From NCBI GenBank assembly GCA_963713825.1, contig CAVQNG010000004.1, positions 193,444-257,443 on the forward strand: a stretch of DNA of 64,000 nucleotides. Reading direction: 5' to 3'. The notes under the pieces are model-generated. The model saw only the letters and a list, made by a program, of their open reading frames with translations, made no database searches and had not been told where the DNA came from. Both the position numbers and the translations under genes were made by a program. This document shows positions 10,505-20,720 of the stretch, piece by piece. The DNA comes from an uncultured Acidobacteriota bacterium (GTDB lineage Bacteria > Acidobacteriota > Thermoanaerobaculia > Multivoradales > JAHEKO01). Positions within the stretch are counted from its first letter, which is position 1; every line of letters starts with the position of its first letter.

Positions 10505-10752
10505 GCGGTCGAGCTCGAGGCTGCCTGTCGGCGTAGCAGTTTTTGGACAGTGGGGCTCATCTGGGCACCACGTTGCACCCAGTGCTCCACCCGCTCACCA
10601 TCGATCTTGATGGTCTCCGGCTCGGAGCGCGGGTCGTAGATGCCGACCTCGTCGAGCGCCGACGCCGTTGGAGTCTGCCGCGAATCGGACACCACGACCC
10701 GGTAGAAGGGCCGATGTCTGGAACCCATTCGGCGGAGCCGAATCTTCAACAT
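10501..10752 (-). CDS. rpsP: 30S ribosomal protein S16
   Basis: MLKIRLRRMGSRHRPFYRVVV is the S16 N-terminus. ATG at 10752 is preceded by GGAGGA. The longer ORF reaching 10806 was rejected. Confidence 0.93.
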   Translation of the reverse strand: MLKIRLRRMGSRHRPFYRVVVSDSRQTPTASALDEVGIYDPRSEPETIKIDGERVEHWVQRGAQMSPTVQKLLRRQAASSSTA

Positions 10753-10841
10753 GATCTCATTCCTCCGATCAATTACGGTTCGGCTCAGCGCAGATACAAG
10801 GCGCACTCACCCTGCGCGCCAGGGCTAAGGCCGAATTTTGT

Positions 10842-10850
10842 ATTGTACCA
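10842..10850 (-). promoter_or_regulatory. Candidate extended -10 (TGgTACAAT) upstream of rpsP
   Basis: An AT-rich patch in an otherwise GC-rich context. The minus strand reads cttGGTACAATacaaaatt about 90 nt upstream of the rpsP ATG. No convincing -35 was seen. Confidence 0.3.
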
Positions 10851-10888
10851 AGGAAATCCGAAATGGGGGATTCCCTTCGCGTCGCACC

Positions 10889-12208
10889 CTATCTCAGTCC
10901 CGCCGCCTTTTTCAACCACTTTCCCTTGACGCCCTTCAACATCTTGCGCGTCTCGCGATACTGCTTGAGCAGTTGATTGATCTCCTGCACCGAAACCCCG
11001 GAGCCGCGGGCAATGCGGCGCTTGCGACTGCCGTTGAGGACCTGCGGCTGCCGGCGCTCCTGCGGCGTCATGGAATCGATCATCGCTTCGACCCGTGTCA
11101 GCCTGTTCTCGTCGACCATCGAAGCGTCGAGCCCTTTGAACGGACCAGCCTTGGGGAGCATTTCCATGATCTGACTCAAAGGGCCCATACGCCGCATCTG
11201 TCGCAGCTGATCCCTCAAATCCTCCAGAGTGAACTCCTGCTTGGCAATCCGCTTAGCCAGGCGCTCGGTCTCGGCGGCGTCGAGCCCCTCCTCGGCCTTC
11301 TCGATCAGCGACAGCACATCGCCCATGCCGAGGATCCGGGAGGCCATGCTCTCCGGGCGGAAGAGCTCCAGGTCCGCCGGCTTCTCGCCCATGCCGACGA
11401 ATCGAATGGGCACTTTCGCGACGCTGCGGATGGAGAGCGCGGCCCCGCCCCGCATGTCGCCGTCCAACTTGCTCAGAATCACACCGGTCAACGGCAGAAC
11501 GCGGGCGAACTCTTCCGCACTTCGAACCGCATCTTGCCCAGTCATCGCATCGGCGACCAGGAGAGTCTCCGTGGGCTCGACCGCAGTCGCCAGCTGGCGG
11601 ATCTCCTCCATCAGGCCCTCGTCGACGTGTAAGCGGCCGGCGGTGTCGATCAGCACCACATCGTGGCCCCTCTCGCGCGCCTCTTTCATCGCCCGCGGTC
11701 CCAGCTTCAGGAGATCTTCGCCGGGCTCGGGCTCCAAGACGGGCACCCCTACCCCGCCGCCGACTTGAGCCAACTGCTCGACGGCGGCGGCGCGCTGCAG
11801 GTCACCGGCCACAAGCAGTGGATGGCGCCCATTCTTCTTGAGGCGCTGCGCCAGCTTGCCTGCTGTGGTCGTCTTTCCAGAGCCCTGGAGGCCACAGAGC
11901 AGGATGACCGTCGGTTTGCCAGTCAGCTCGAGATCTCGGCCCGGTTCACCGAGGAGTGTGATGAGCTCGTCGCGGACGATCTTGATGACCTGCTGGTCGG
12001 GTGTCAGGCTCTCCAGCACGTCCTGATCGATGGCTCGCTCGCGCAGCCTGCCGACGAACGCCTTGACCACTCGAAAGTGAACATCCGCCTCGAGCAGGGC
12101 CAGCCGGATCTCGCGCAAGGCTTCTTGCAGGATCTCTTCGGAGACCCGACCCTCGCCCTTCAAACGGCGAAATGTGTTCTGTAGCTTTCCTTGCAGACCG
12201 TCGAACAT
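10889..12208 (-). CDS. ffh: Signal recognition particle protein Ffh
   Basis: MFDGLQGKL N-terminus, GLQGSGKTTT, DTAGRL, and a Met-rich M domain (QMRRMGPLSQIMEMLP). ATG at 12208 is preceded by GAGGAAG. Confidence 0.95.
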   Translation of the reverse strand: MFDGLQGKLQNTFRRLKGEGRVSEEILQEALREIRLALLEADVHFRVVKAFVGRLRERAIDQDVLESLTPDQQVIKIVRDELITLLGEPGRDLELTGKPTVILLCGLQGSGKTTTAGKLAQRLKKNGRHPLLVAGDLQRAAAVEQLAQVGGGVGVPVLEPEPGEDLLKLGPRAMKEARERGHDVVLIDTAGRLHVDEGLMEEIRQLATAVEPTETLLVADAMTGQDAVRSAEEFARVLPLTGVILSKLDGDMRGGAALSIRSVAKVPIRFVGMGEKPADLELFRPESMASRILGMGDVLSLIEKAEEGLDAAETERLAKRIAKQEFTLEDLRDQLRQMRRMGPLSQIMEMLPKAGPFKGLDASMVDENRLTRVEAMIDSMTPQERRQPQVLNGSRKRRIARGSGVSVQEINQLLKQYRETRKMLKGVKGKWLKKAAGLR

Positions 12209-12292
12209 CGTCTTCCTCACTCAACTCGGCGCACGATCGTAGCAAATCGGCGCCCATCGCCGCATTGTGCCCGGGAGTTATACTCCTTCGCC

Positions 12293-13768
12293 ATGATCCG
12301 ACGAGCCAAGATCATCGCCACCCTGGGGCCTGCAAGCTCGGACGAAGCTGCCCTGGGCCGCCTCTTCGAGGCCGGAGTCGACGTCGTGCGCTTGAATCTC
12401 TCGCACGGCGACTCGCTAGAGCATCGTGAGAGCGTCGCGAAGATTCGACGAGTCGCGACCGCCAAGGGTCTCCACGTACCGATCCTGCTGGATCTCATGG
12501 GCCCCAGGTATCGACTCGGTGAAATGCCGAATGGCCCTCGCCTCTTGACGAAGGGAGAGACCGTCACCCTGGCCCCCGAGGCCACCGGCTCAGCGATTCC
12601 TTTGGGCGACCCGGACCTTCTGCGGCACCTCCAGCCGGCGCAACGACTCCTGATCGACGGGGGCCTCGTGGAAATGCAGGTCACCACTGCTTTGGAGAGC
12701 CATGCCGAAGCGATCGTCGTTATCGCCGGGCCGATCTCGACCAGGAAGGGCATCAACCTTCCAGATACGGACCTGCCGTTCGAGATTTCGGACAAGGACC
12801 GCAGTGACATAGCCCTTGCTGTCGAGGAGCAGGCCGACTATCTAGCGGCCAGCTATGTCGGCCAGGCTGCGGATGTGATCCGAATTCGCGAGGTGATTCG
12901 CGAGTTCGGAGGCGACCTGCCCATTATGGCCAAGCTCGAGCGTGCCCGGGGCGTTACCAACCTGGAGACCATCGTCGATGCGGCAGATGCGGTGATGGTG
13001 GCGCGCGGCGATCTCGGCGTTGAAGTTCCCCTGCACAGGGTTCCGGTCCTGCAGAAGCAGATCATCGACACTTGTCTCCGAGCCGGCAAGCCGGTCGTCG
13101 TTGCCACCCAGATGCTGGAGTCGATGACCGAGCACCATCGGCCCACTCGGGCCGAGACCTCGGACGTCGCCAACGCGGTCCTCGACGGGGCGGATGGAAT
13201 GCTTCTATCCGGCGAGACAGCGATCGGTCAGTTTCCCTCCGAGACCGTCGAAACCATGGCCAGGATCATCTGCGAAGCCGAGTCCTATTCCTCCCAACCT
13301 CACGCCGACGGATCCGGCGTGGCGGCAGATGCGATGGCAGAGAGGGCTGCACACGCGGCCAGTCTGGCTGGAGCCGGCCGGCCGTTCGAGGGCAGCGAGA
13401 TCGCCGATGCGATCGCCCGTGCCGCGGTCTTCACAGCCGCCAACCTGGGAGTTCGTCAGATCGTCACCTTCACGCGGAGCGGCTTTACCGCTCGGCTGCT
13501 TTCCCGGTATCGGCCTCAAGCCCCGATCCTCGCCTTCACCCCGAGTCAGGAGGTCGCGAGGCGGGTCCAGATTCTCTGGGGCACTCGCCCCTTCATCGTC
13601 CACGACAGTGCGCAGAGCCACGGGGAGATTGTCGGGATGGTTCAGCAGCGTCTCCTGGCTTCTGGCCTGGCAGCACCGGGCGACAAACTCATCCTCTTGA
13701 TGAGGGACCTGCAAGGCGACGAGCCCGGTACCAACCTCCTTCGATTGTGCGAAGTGGCCCGAGACTGA
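12293..13768 (+). CDS. pyk: Pyruvate kinase
   Basis: MIRRAKIIATLGPAS, NLSHG and MVARGDLGVEVP signature motifs. The start is set at the internal ATG at 12293; the ORF track begins at 12191. Confidence 0.93.
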   Translation: MIRRAKIIATLGPASSDEAALGRLFEAGVDVVRLNLSHGDSLEHRESVAKIRRVATAKGLHVPILLDLMGPRYRLGEMPNGPRLLTKGETVTLAPEATGSAIPLGDPDLLRHLQPAQRLLIDGGLVEMQVTTALESHAEAIVVIAGPISTRKGINLPDTDLPFEISDKDRSDIALAVEEQADYLAASYVGQAADVIRIREVIREFGGDLPIMAKLERARGVTNLETIVDAADAVMVARGDLGVEVPLHRVPVLQKQIIDTCLRAGKPVVVATQMLESMTEHHRPTRAETSDVANAVLDGADGMLLSGETAIGQFPSETVETMARIICEAESYSSQPHADGSGVAADAMAERAAHAASLAGAGRPFEGSEIADAIARAAVFTAANLGVRQIVTFTRSGFTARLLSRYRPQAPILAFTPSQEVARRVQILWGTRPFIVHDSAQSHGEIVGMVQQRLLASGLAAPGDKLILLMRDLQGDEPGTNLLRLCEVARD

Positions 13769-13796
13769 CGCACCAAGGGCCAAGGAATGAAAGGGC

Positions 13797-16382
13797 TCAG
13801 GGGTCCTGGGGCGTAGGGGCTTGGCCGGACTGAGCGTTCATCCGTCCTCTGTAGCGTAGGAGCAGATAGGCAGGCAGCAGTGTGATAGCCACCAGCGCGG
13901 TGGACAGCGCTCCGAGAATCGCCACCTTGCCCATCGACTGCAGGCCCGGATAGTGAGACAGGGACAGGGAGCCAAATCCGACCGTCGTCGAGAGGGCGGC
14001 GAGGACGATGGCCTTGCCCGTTTCCACGAGGCCACCGACGAGCTCCTCCTCGGATTTCTCACCCAGCTCCCGATACCGGTGGACCATGTGAATGCCGTAG
14101 TCGACACCGATGCCGATGATCATGGTCGAGACGAAGATATTCATGAAGTTCATGTTGGCGCCCAGCACGACCATTCCACCAAGCATCCAGACGAGACCGA
14201 CCAGCAGAGGGACAAGGGTCAGCACCGTGTCCCAGACACGTCGGTAGTCCAGCCAAAGCAGCAACGCCACCACCAGAAACCCCAAAACCGCCGCGACAAC
14301 GGCATCGCGCAGAACGGTCTTGCGAAGAAAGGCGCTGACCACATTGGCGCCCGTCAGCACGGCCTTGGGGCCGAGCGCATCAGCCAACTGAATGGCTCCG
14401 GGAGGCGCTTCACGACGCCACTGCGTCCCCTTCGGGAACAGGTAGACAACGCTCTTCCAGCCTTCATCTGTCTCGTGCAGATACCGATCGAGAAGCGAAC
14501 GTGCCTGGCCTACCTCATCGAAGTCGTCCATGGCGACAGGTCGATCCCGTCCGATCGCCTTGTCCAGGAGATCCAGGCCCGGCTCGAACGGCTCCACCCG
14601 CAAGCCCTCTTCGACAGCGGTCTGCTCGAAGGTCGAGCGAATCCTCTGCATGTCCAGAGGGCCCTGCCTCGCCTCCGCCAGCCAAGCGAGATTCTCACGC
14701 TGGCGAGGCACTGGAGGGATCAGAGAGGAGACCGAGTCATAGCCTGAAAGAGAACCCTCCTTGACCAGAGTCTGGGCACCGTCTGCGGCCTGTGTGGCCA
14801 GGTCCAGGACCTCCTCCATCGAGTCGCCGTGAACCACGAGCATCATCTGCTCGAAGCCGACACCGAACCTCTCCGCGACCTCGTCCCGAACCATCGAGCC
14901 CTCGTTGCCGGCGGGTCGCATCGACTGGACACTGTCGACGAACTCCAACTGCAAGGCAGACCAGGTCGCCAGGACGGTAACGACGACGCCGGCGACCAGG
15001 ACGATCCGGGGCCATCGCAGACTGGCCCGAATCACGTGAGCGCTACCGAGGCCGTGCAGATAGAGGCGTGGCTGCCGAGATCGCTTGCGATGATGGTCTT
15101 CACTCCACGACAGCATGGCTGGGAGCAGCCAGAGAACCGCAGCCATGCAAAACAGAATCCCGGTTCCCGTCAGCAGTCCCATCTGGAACAGGCCCGTGAA
15201 CTCTGTGACTCCGAAGGCGTAGAACGTCGCCGCGCTTGTTACCGCACCGACAACCACGGCACGACCCGAGGAGCCGCTCATCCTGGCTAGGCCCTCTTCG
15301 AGCGTAGCCCCTTGCTGACGCTCCTCGACGAACCGGCCGTACGAGACGATGACGAAATCGATCCCCAGGCCGATCAGCAGGGCCGCAACTCCACTGGTCG
15401 CGGCGCTCAACTTGCCGTAAGTCAGGCCGGCGAAGCCGAAGGTCAAGGCCAGGCCGCAGGTCAGGGGTAGAAAGGCATAGATCAGCGGCCCGAAGCGTCG
15501 AAAAGCGATCAGGAACAGCGTCAAGACGCCGAGCATCGACGTCACCACGTTGACGACCACGTCCCGCCGAATCAGGGCGTCGTCGCCCAACGCCATCACA
15601 TAGCGACCGCCCATGGAGACCTCGGGGACATCCAGCTCCTTCGAGCCCATCATCGCCGGCCATTCGCTCGCCAGCGCGTCGATGCGGGCTTGCACCTCGC
15701 CCAGCAGCTGGCGCGAGAAATCCACATCCTGGGGAGGGCGGTTGGGCTTGGCGAGAATCAGAAACATCTCGTGATCGCGGGACAGCAGATAGCCGCTGGC
15801 CCAATCGATGGCCAGCCCCTCTCGGGCCCCGGTCACTCGATCGAGGAAGATCTCCGCCAGCCCCAGTGGATCGAGGCGCATGAGGTTCTTGAGTGCCAGG
15901 GCCTGTGGTGTCTGGACCATACGCCGGAGCTCCCGGACCTGGGTGCGAACCGCTTCATCGCTCAGCTTGGCCTCCAGGGCCTGCCTTCCGTCCTCGTCCA
16001 GAAACAGCAGAGCCTGAGGCATGAAAGTCGAGACCATTTCGGTCATCGCCCCGATCCTGTACTCCACCCTGTCCAGCTTCTCGAGCTTCGAGAGCTCCTC
16101 GCCCAACCGATCCGTGTACCCCTCGTAGGGCGCCAGTCCCGACCCAGGAGGCACCCGCACCACGAGGACCAGGTAGTCGACGCTGCCAAACTCCTCCAGA
16201 GACTGGCGAAGCACCTTAACTTCCGGCGCTTTTTGGGGCAGGAGGTTGAGGATGTCGGTGTCGAACCGAATGCGACTGCCGGCGACAAACGCCAGGACCA
16301 ACAACACCCCGGTAATCCCGAAGATCAGGCCATACCGGCGTCGCGCCGTCACTGCCAGACGCTGGAGGGCTCTGCGTGCCAT
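13797..16382 (-). CDS. MMPL/RND-superfamily membrane transporter
   Basis: 861 aa with two 6-TM bundles separated by large periplasmic domains. Repeated GIGIDFVIV / GIGVDYGIHMVHRY motifs are typical of MMPL/HpnN-like proteins. Confidence 0.8.
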   Translation of the reverse strand: MARRALQRLAVTARRRYGLIFGITGVLLVLAFVAGSRIRFDTDILNLLPQKAPEVKVLRQSLEEFGSVDYLVLVVRVPPGSGLAPYEGYTDRLGEELSKLEKLDRVEYRIGAMTEMVSTFMPQALLFLDEDGRQALEAKLSDEAVRTQVRELRRMVQTPQALALKNLMRLDPLGLAEIFLDRVTGAREGLAIDWASGYLLSRDHEMFLILAKPNRPPQDVDFSRQLLGEVQARIDALASEWPAMMGSKELDVPEVSMGGRYVMALGDDALIRRDVVVNVVTSMLGVLTLFLIAFRRFGPLIYAFLPLTCGLALTFGFAGLTYGKLSAATSGVAALLIGLGIDFVIVSYGRFVEERQQGATLEEGLARMSGSSGRAVVVGAVTSAATFYAFGVTEFTGLFQMGLLTGTGILFCMAAVLWLLPAMLSWSEDHHRKRSRQPRLYLHGLGSAHVIRASLRWPRIVLVAGVVVTVLATWSALQLEFVDSVQSMRPAGNEGSMVRDEVAERFGVGFEQMMLVVHGDSMEEVLDLATQAADGAQTLVKEGSLSGYDSVSSLIPPVPRQRENLAWLAEARQGPLDMQRIRSTFEQTAVEEGLRVEPFEPGLDLLDKAIGRDRPVAMDDFDEVGQARSLLDRYLHETDEGWKSVVYLFPKGTQWRREAPPGAIQLADALGPKAVLTGANVVSAFLRKTVLRDAVVAAVLGFLVVALLLWLDYRRVWDTVLTLVPLLVGLVWMLGGMVVLGANMNFMNIFVSTMIIGIGVDYGIHMVHRYRELGEKSEEELVGGLVETGKAIVLAALSTTVGFGSLSLSHYPGLQSMGKVAILGALSTALVAITLLPAYLLLRYRGRMNAQSGQAPTPQDP

Positions 16383-16437
16383 CTTAGAGGGGGCGGTCGA
16401 TTAGCGCCGCAAGCGAGGACCTATCGGACCCTCGACC

Positions 16438-16980
16438 TCAGGCCTCGATAGAAGTGTCCCGCTTCAATAGACCTGGTGCGAACCGAACGAAGTACTCGGC
16501 GCCGGAATAGAGACTCGCCAACATCGCCGCCCAGAGAGACAAGGGGGCCAGATGCTCGAACTCACCCAGCTGGTTGTAGACGATCAGCAACGAGATGGCG
16601 ACGATCTGCATAACGGTCTTGAGCTTGGCCGATTGAATCGCACCCAGAACGATGTTTTCCGAAGCGGCGAGGCTGCGGAGAGACGAGACCGCGAACTCTC
16701 TGGCGATGATCACGACGACCATCCACGCCGGAGTCAACTCGGGATTCATCTCGACCAAAGAGATGAATGCCGCCGAGGTGAGAATCTTGTCGGCCGCTGG
16801 GTCCAGGAGTTTGCCAAGCTTGGTGACCAGCTTCTTGCGCCTGGCGATGAACCCATCCAGGAAGTCCGTCAGAGAGGCTACCCAGAAGACCGCCAACCCG
16901 ACGAACTCCTTGCCGTCGAACTTGGTGAGCAGCACGGCCACCAGAAGCGGCACGAGGAGAATCCGAAACAGGGACAGCAA
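16438..16980 (-). CDS. pgsA: CDP-diacylglycerol--glycerol-3-phosphate 3-phosphatidyltransferase
   Basis: CDP-alcohol phosphatidyltransferase motif DFLDGFIARR...GKLLDPAADKIL. The first canonical start is TTG at 16980, but the family-typical N-terminus MNVPNLL would need the CTG at 16995 (see findings). Confidence 0.88.
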   Translation of the reverse strand: MLSLFRILLVPLLVAVLLTKFDGKEFVGLAVFWVASLTDFLDGFIARRKKLVTKLGKLLDPAADKILTSAAFISLVEMNPELTPAWMVVVIIAREFAVSSLRSLAASENIVLGAIQSAKLKTVMQIVAISLLIVYNQLGEFEHLAPLSLWAAMLASLYSGAEYFVRFAPGLLKRDTSIEA

Positions 16981-17066
16981 GTTCGGTACATTCAGGGCGT
17001 GACGGTAGTCTGAGATCGGAATGGATCAGCCCCCCGGAAAAGAGAACCCCTGGTGGAGACGGCGGT

Positions 17067-17717
17067 TCAGCGATCGCCCACCGGAGTCGTCGTCATTACA
17101 TACCGACCGTCGGGACCGCGGCTCAAATAGGTCTTGCGGCCTACCCGCACGCTCGGCGAGCCACTCAGCGCGAATCCGGGCTCGTCCCGATAGAGTCGTA
17201 TCACTTTCTCCACGTACGAGCGCGTCTCTGGGTAGGGTGGGATTCCACCGTACCGATTCACCGCTTCTGGGCCCGCATTGTAACCCGACAGAGCGAGTTC
17301 CAGATTGCCGTTGAACAAATCGAGCATTCGGCTCAGGTATTGCGTCCCACCGCTGACGTTCTGCTCGGCGTCATATGGATCGTCCACCGCCAGCTCACGA
17401 GCGGTACCCGGCATGAGCTGCATAAGCCCCATCGCGCCCTTGTTGGACAGGGCCATCGTCTGACCGCCCGATTCGACCTGGATGACAGCTCGGACCAGGT
17501 CGGGGTCCAGAGAGCGCATCGCAGCGTACTTGGCGACCAGGGACTCCAATTCTTCGGAAGAGCTCGAAACGGCGGCTCGTGGTGGCCCGTAGGTGCGCCG
17601 CCGCCTGCCTTCGTTGTACATCACCCGGGTCCCGTCCTCGAGGACCTTGAGCTTGACCTCCGCTGCCACGGGGAACGACACCAAAGCGATCGCCAACCAG
17701 AGGCTACAGACTTTCAT
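17067..17717 (-). CDS. Lytic transglycosylase (SLT domain), secreted
   Basis: Signal peptide MKVCSLWLAIALVSFPVAAE. SLT motifs VIQVESGG, GAMGLMQLMPGTA and YNAGPEAV. Confidence 0.85.
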   Translation of the reverse strand: MKVCSLWLAIALVSFPVAAEVKLKVLEDGTRVMYNEGRRRRTYGPPRAAVSSSSEELESLVAKYAAMRSLDPDLVRAVIQVESGGQTMALSNKGAMGLMQLMPGTARELAVDDPYDAEQNVSGGTQYLSRMLDLFNGNLELALSGYNAGPEAVNRYGGIPPYPETRSYVEKVIRLYRDEPGFALSGSPSVRVGRKTYLSRGPDGRYVMTTTPVGDR

Positions 17718-17813
17718 TCCATCACCAGAGTCGGACCAATTCAGTTCCGAGTCTAGAAAGAAACACGCGACGGCTCAATGCGAAGCTTCACTCGCCTCGA
17801 ATCAGCCGGGAGT

Positions 17814-20483
17814 CTAGAGCTGATTTCGAACGAGATCTGCAACGGCGTCCAGGGCCTCTGGCAGCTTTTCCGGGTGTTTGCCGCCGGCCTGAGCGAAATC
17901 CCCCCGGCCTCCGCCATTGCCCCCAACCATCTCGGCGATGGCCTTGGCCAGATTTCCAGCGTGGACCCGGCCCTCGAGGTCACTCGTGACCGCGACGATC
18001 AGGGTGACTTTGGATTCCTCCCGACTGCCGAGAACCACGACCCCGGAGCCCAGCTTCTGCCGCAGGATGTCGGCCATGTTCCTCATCTCGCCGACAGGGG
18101 CGGAAGGAACTTCCTTCACCATCACCTTGACCCCATCGACCTCCTGCTCCTGGGCGGTCTCGCTGCCGGACACCAACTTCATCCTGAGCCGCGCCAGCTC
18201 CTTCTCGAGCTCGCGCCGCTGCTCTCTCCACTCGGCGATCTCACCCCCTGCCTGCTCCGCCGGAACACCGAGCTCGATTTCTACGTCTCTCAGAGAGGAC
18301 CGTTGACTGCGTACCAGCTCGAGGGCACCTTCACCGGTCAAAGCCTCGATTCTGCGCACGCCCGAGGCGATTCCACGCTCTCCGGTAATCATCAGAAGAC
18401 CGATCTCACCGGTGTTGGCGACGTGACAGCCGCCGCAAAGCTCCAGACTGTCAACGACCTCGCCAGCCTCCAGCGCCAGGCCAGGCACTTCGACGGTCCG
18501 GACGGTCTCACCGTACTTCTCTCCAAACAGCGCCATGGCACCTGCATCCAGAGCCTCCTGCTGCGGCCGATCCGGTGTGATCACCGTCGGTTCCGCCTGC
18601 AGGATCCATCGATTCACCAGGTCTTCGACCCGCCGCATTTCGTCGGGAGTTGGAGCCCGGTGAAGTGTGTAGTCGAATCGCAGCCGGTCAGGAGCCACCA
18701 GCGAGCCGGCCTGGTGGACCGAGTCACCGAAGACCTGCCGAAGAGCGCGGTGAAGCAGATGAGTGGCGGTGTGATTACGTTGCGTTGGCAGACGCCAGGC
18801 ACTGTCCACCTCGGCCGTGACCGTGTCGCCGCGTCCCAAGCCTGCCGCCGTGACTTCCACGAAGTGCACCCAGACCTCAGCCGGGTCTTTCTGCGTGTCG
18901 AGGACCAGCGCTTCGCCGCCTTCCCACTGCAAGCTTCCCCGGTCGCCCACCTCCCCCCCCGACTCGGCATAGAAAGGAGTGCGGTCGAGGATGGCGACAC
19001 CCCGTTCGCCCTTCTCGAGCCTCTCAACCGGCTCATAGCGCTTGTCGGCCTCGCGGGCCAGGCTGACGACACCGGCCTTCTCAATGCGTCGAGAGTCGTA
19101 GCCTGCGAATTCAGTTTTGGCCTGCTCGTCGGCATGTACGGCTTGCCGCACCGCCGCCATCCGCTCCTGTCCCTCACCGACGGCCTCGCGGGATCGGCGG
19201 CGTTGGCCTTCCAGCTCTGCCTTGAAACCCGCTTCGTCGATCTTCAACTGCTCTTCTTCGGCGATCTCCCGGATCAGCTCGATGGGTAGTCCGTAGGTAT
19301 CGTAGAAGCGAAAGACCGCGTCGCCCGGGAGCTCGGAGCCCCCTTCATGGCGCACGGCATCGATGGTCTCCTGAACCTGCCGGGACGCCGACGCGATCGT
19401 CGACAGGAACTTCTCCTCTTCCGTCGAGACGGTGGCGACCGAAGCCTGCTGCGCCCGCTGCAGCTCTGGATAGTGGTTCCCCATGACCTCGTCCACGAGA
19501 GGCAGCAATCGATTGAGAAACGGTTCCTCGAAACCCAGAACCATGCCGTGACGCACGGCGCGTCGCAGAATCCTGCGCAGCACATAGCCACGCCCCTCGT
19601 TGCCCGGAATCACCCCGTCGGCGAGCAGAAACGTCACGGCGCGAAGGTGGTCTGCGATGACGCGATAGGAGACATCGGCTTCAGGATCTCGACCGTACTC
19701 TCCTGCGGCCAGGCTCGCGGTGGCCTGCAGAATCGGCATGAAGAGGTCTGTGTCGTAGTTGGACTCGACCCCTTGCAGGACGGCCGCGACGCGCTCCAGG
19801 CCGGCGCCGGTATCGATCGAGGGTTTGGGCAGAGGATTCATGACCCCCGATTCGTCCCGCTCGAACTGCATGAAGACCAGGTTCCAGATCTCGAGATAAC
19901 GCCCGCTCTCGCTGCCCACTTCCCAGTCGATCCGAGGCAGATCCGGTCGAGTGTCGACGAAGATCTCGCTGCAGGGTCCGCAGGGTCCCGTTTCACCCAT
20001 GGCCCAGAAGTTGTCCTTCTTGCCACAGCGCAGGATGCGGTCCGCGGGCAGGCCGGAGATCTTCCTCCACAGCTCTGCCGCTTCGTCGTCCTCCTCGTAG
20101 ACCGTGGCCGTCAGGTGCTCTGTCGGGATTCCCCAGACCCGGGTCACGAGGTCCCATCCGAAGTCGATCGCATCGTCCTTGAAGTAGTCGCCGAAGGAGA
20201 AATTGCCCAGCATTTCAAAGAACGTGTGGTGGCGCGGGCTTGGGCCCACGTTCTCGAGATCGTTGTGCTTGCCGGAGACCCGCATGCACTTCTGAACGCT
20301 CACGGCGCGCTGGTTGGCTGGCTTGTCGAGCCCGAGGAAGAAGTCCTTGAACGGGACCATCCCGGCGTTGGTGAAGAGCAGGGTCGGATCACCGTGCGGC
20401 ACCAGCGGTGCGCTCGGATAGTGTTTGTGACCTCGCTCCTCGAAGAAGTCGACGAAACTCTGGCGAATTTGCTTGCTGTTCAT
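17814..20483 (-). CDS. alaS: Alanine--tRNA ligase
   Basis: MNSKQIRQSFVDFFEERGHK, FTNAGM, a HxxxH editing-domain region and a C-terminal DHHA1-like domain. The ATG at 20483 gives the canonical N-terminus. The 83-aa upstream extension of the ORF was rejected. Confidence 0.95.
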   Translation of the reverse strand: MNSKQIRQSFVDFFEERGHKHYPSAPLVPHGDPTLLFTNAGMVPFKDFFLGLDKPANQRAVSVQKCMRVSGKHNDLENVGPSPRHHTFFEMLGNFSFGDYFKDDAIDFGWDLVTRVWGIPTEHLTATVYEEDDEAAELWRKISGLPADRILRCGKKDNFWAMGETGPCGPCSEIFVDTRPDLPRIDWEVGSESGRYLEIWNLVFMQFERDESGVMNPLPKPSIDTGAGLERVAAVLQGVESNYDTDLFMPILQATASLAAGEYGRDPEADVSYRVIADHLRAVTFLLADGVIPGNEGRGYVLRRILRRAVRHGMVLGFEEPFLNRLLPLVDEVMGNHYPELQRAQQASVATVSTEEEKFLSTIASASRQVQETIDAVRHEGGSELPGDAVFRFYDTYGLPIELIREIAEEEQLKIDEAGFKAELEGQRRRSREAVGEGQERMAAVRQAVHADEQAKTEFAGYDSRRIEKAGVVSLAREADKRYEPVERLEKGERGVAILDRTPFYAESGGEVGDRGSLQWEGGEALVLDTQKDPAEVWVHFVEVTAAGLGRGDTVTAEVDSAWRLPTQRNHTATHLLHRALRQVFGDSVHQAGSLVAPDRLRFDYTLHRAPTPDEMRRVEDLVNRWILQAEPTVITPDRPQQEALDAGAMALFGEKYGETVRTVEVPGLALEAGEVVDSLELCGGCHVANTGEIGLLMITGERGIASGVRRIEALTGEGALELVRSQRSSLRDVEIELGVPAEQAGGEIAEWREQRRELEKELARLRMKLVSGSETAQEQEVDGVKVMVKEVPSAPVGEMRNMADILRQKLGSGVVVLGSREESKVTLIVAVTSDLEGRVHAGNLAKAIAEMVGGNGGGRGDFAQAGGKHPEKLPEALDAVADLVRNQL

Positions 20484-20663
20484 GACTGCGAACACCTGAA
20501 AAGTCATGCGGGGCTTGTCGGTTAGGAGATTGTAGCGGAGCGCAGCGCCTTCACGCCCGCGCAAGGCCGTCACGATAGCACGATCGAGGTCCCTACCCCC
20601 CACCCGACCTGGGACTTGGGTCCTGGGTCCTGAAGGAACGACAACAAGATCTTGGAGGTCGGT

Positions 20664-20720
20664 CGGGGTGGCCCGCAGGGGGACGGCGACGGCTACTCGG
20701 ACTGCCATGGACGGGCCTCT
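20664..20720 (-). repeat. Partial, inverted copy of the long-hairpin repeat (3' arm plus sub-hairpin region) in the alaS leader
   Basis: cggggtggcccgcagggggacggcgacggctactcggactgccatggacgggcctct matches the reverse complement of 21565-21628 almost base for base. Confidence 0.6.
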
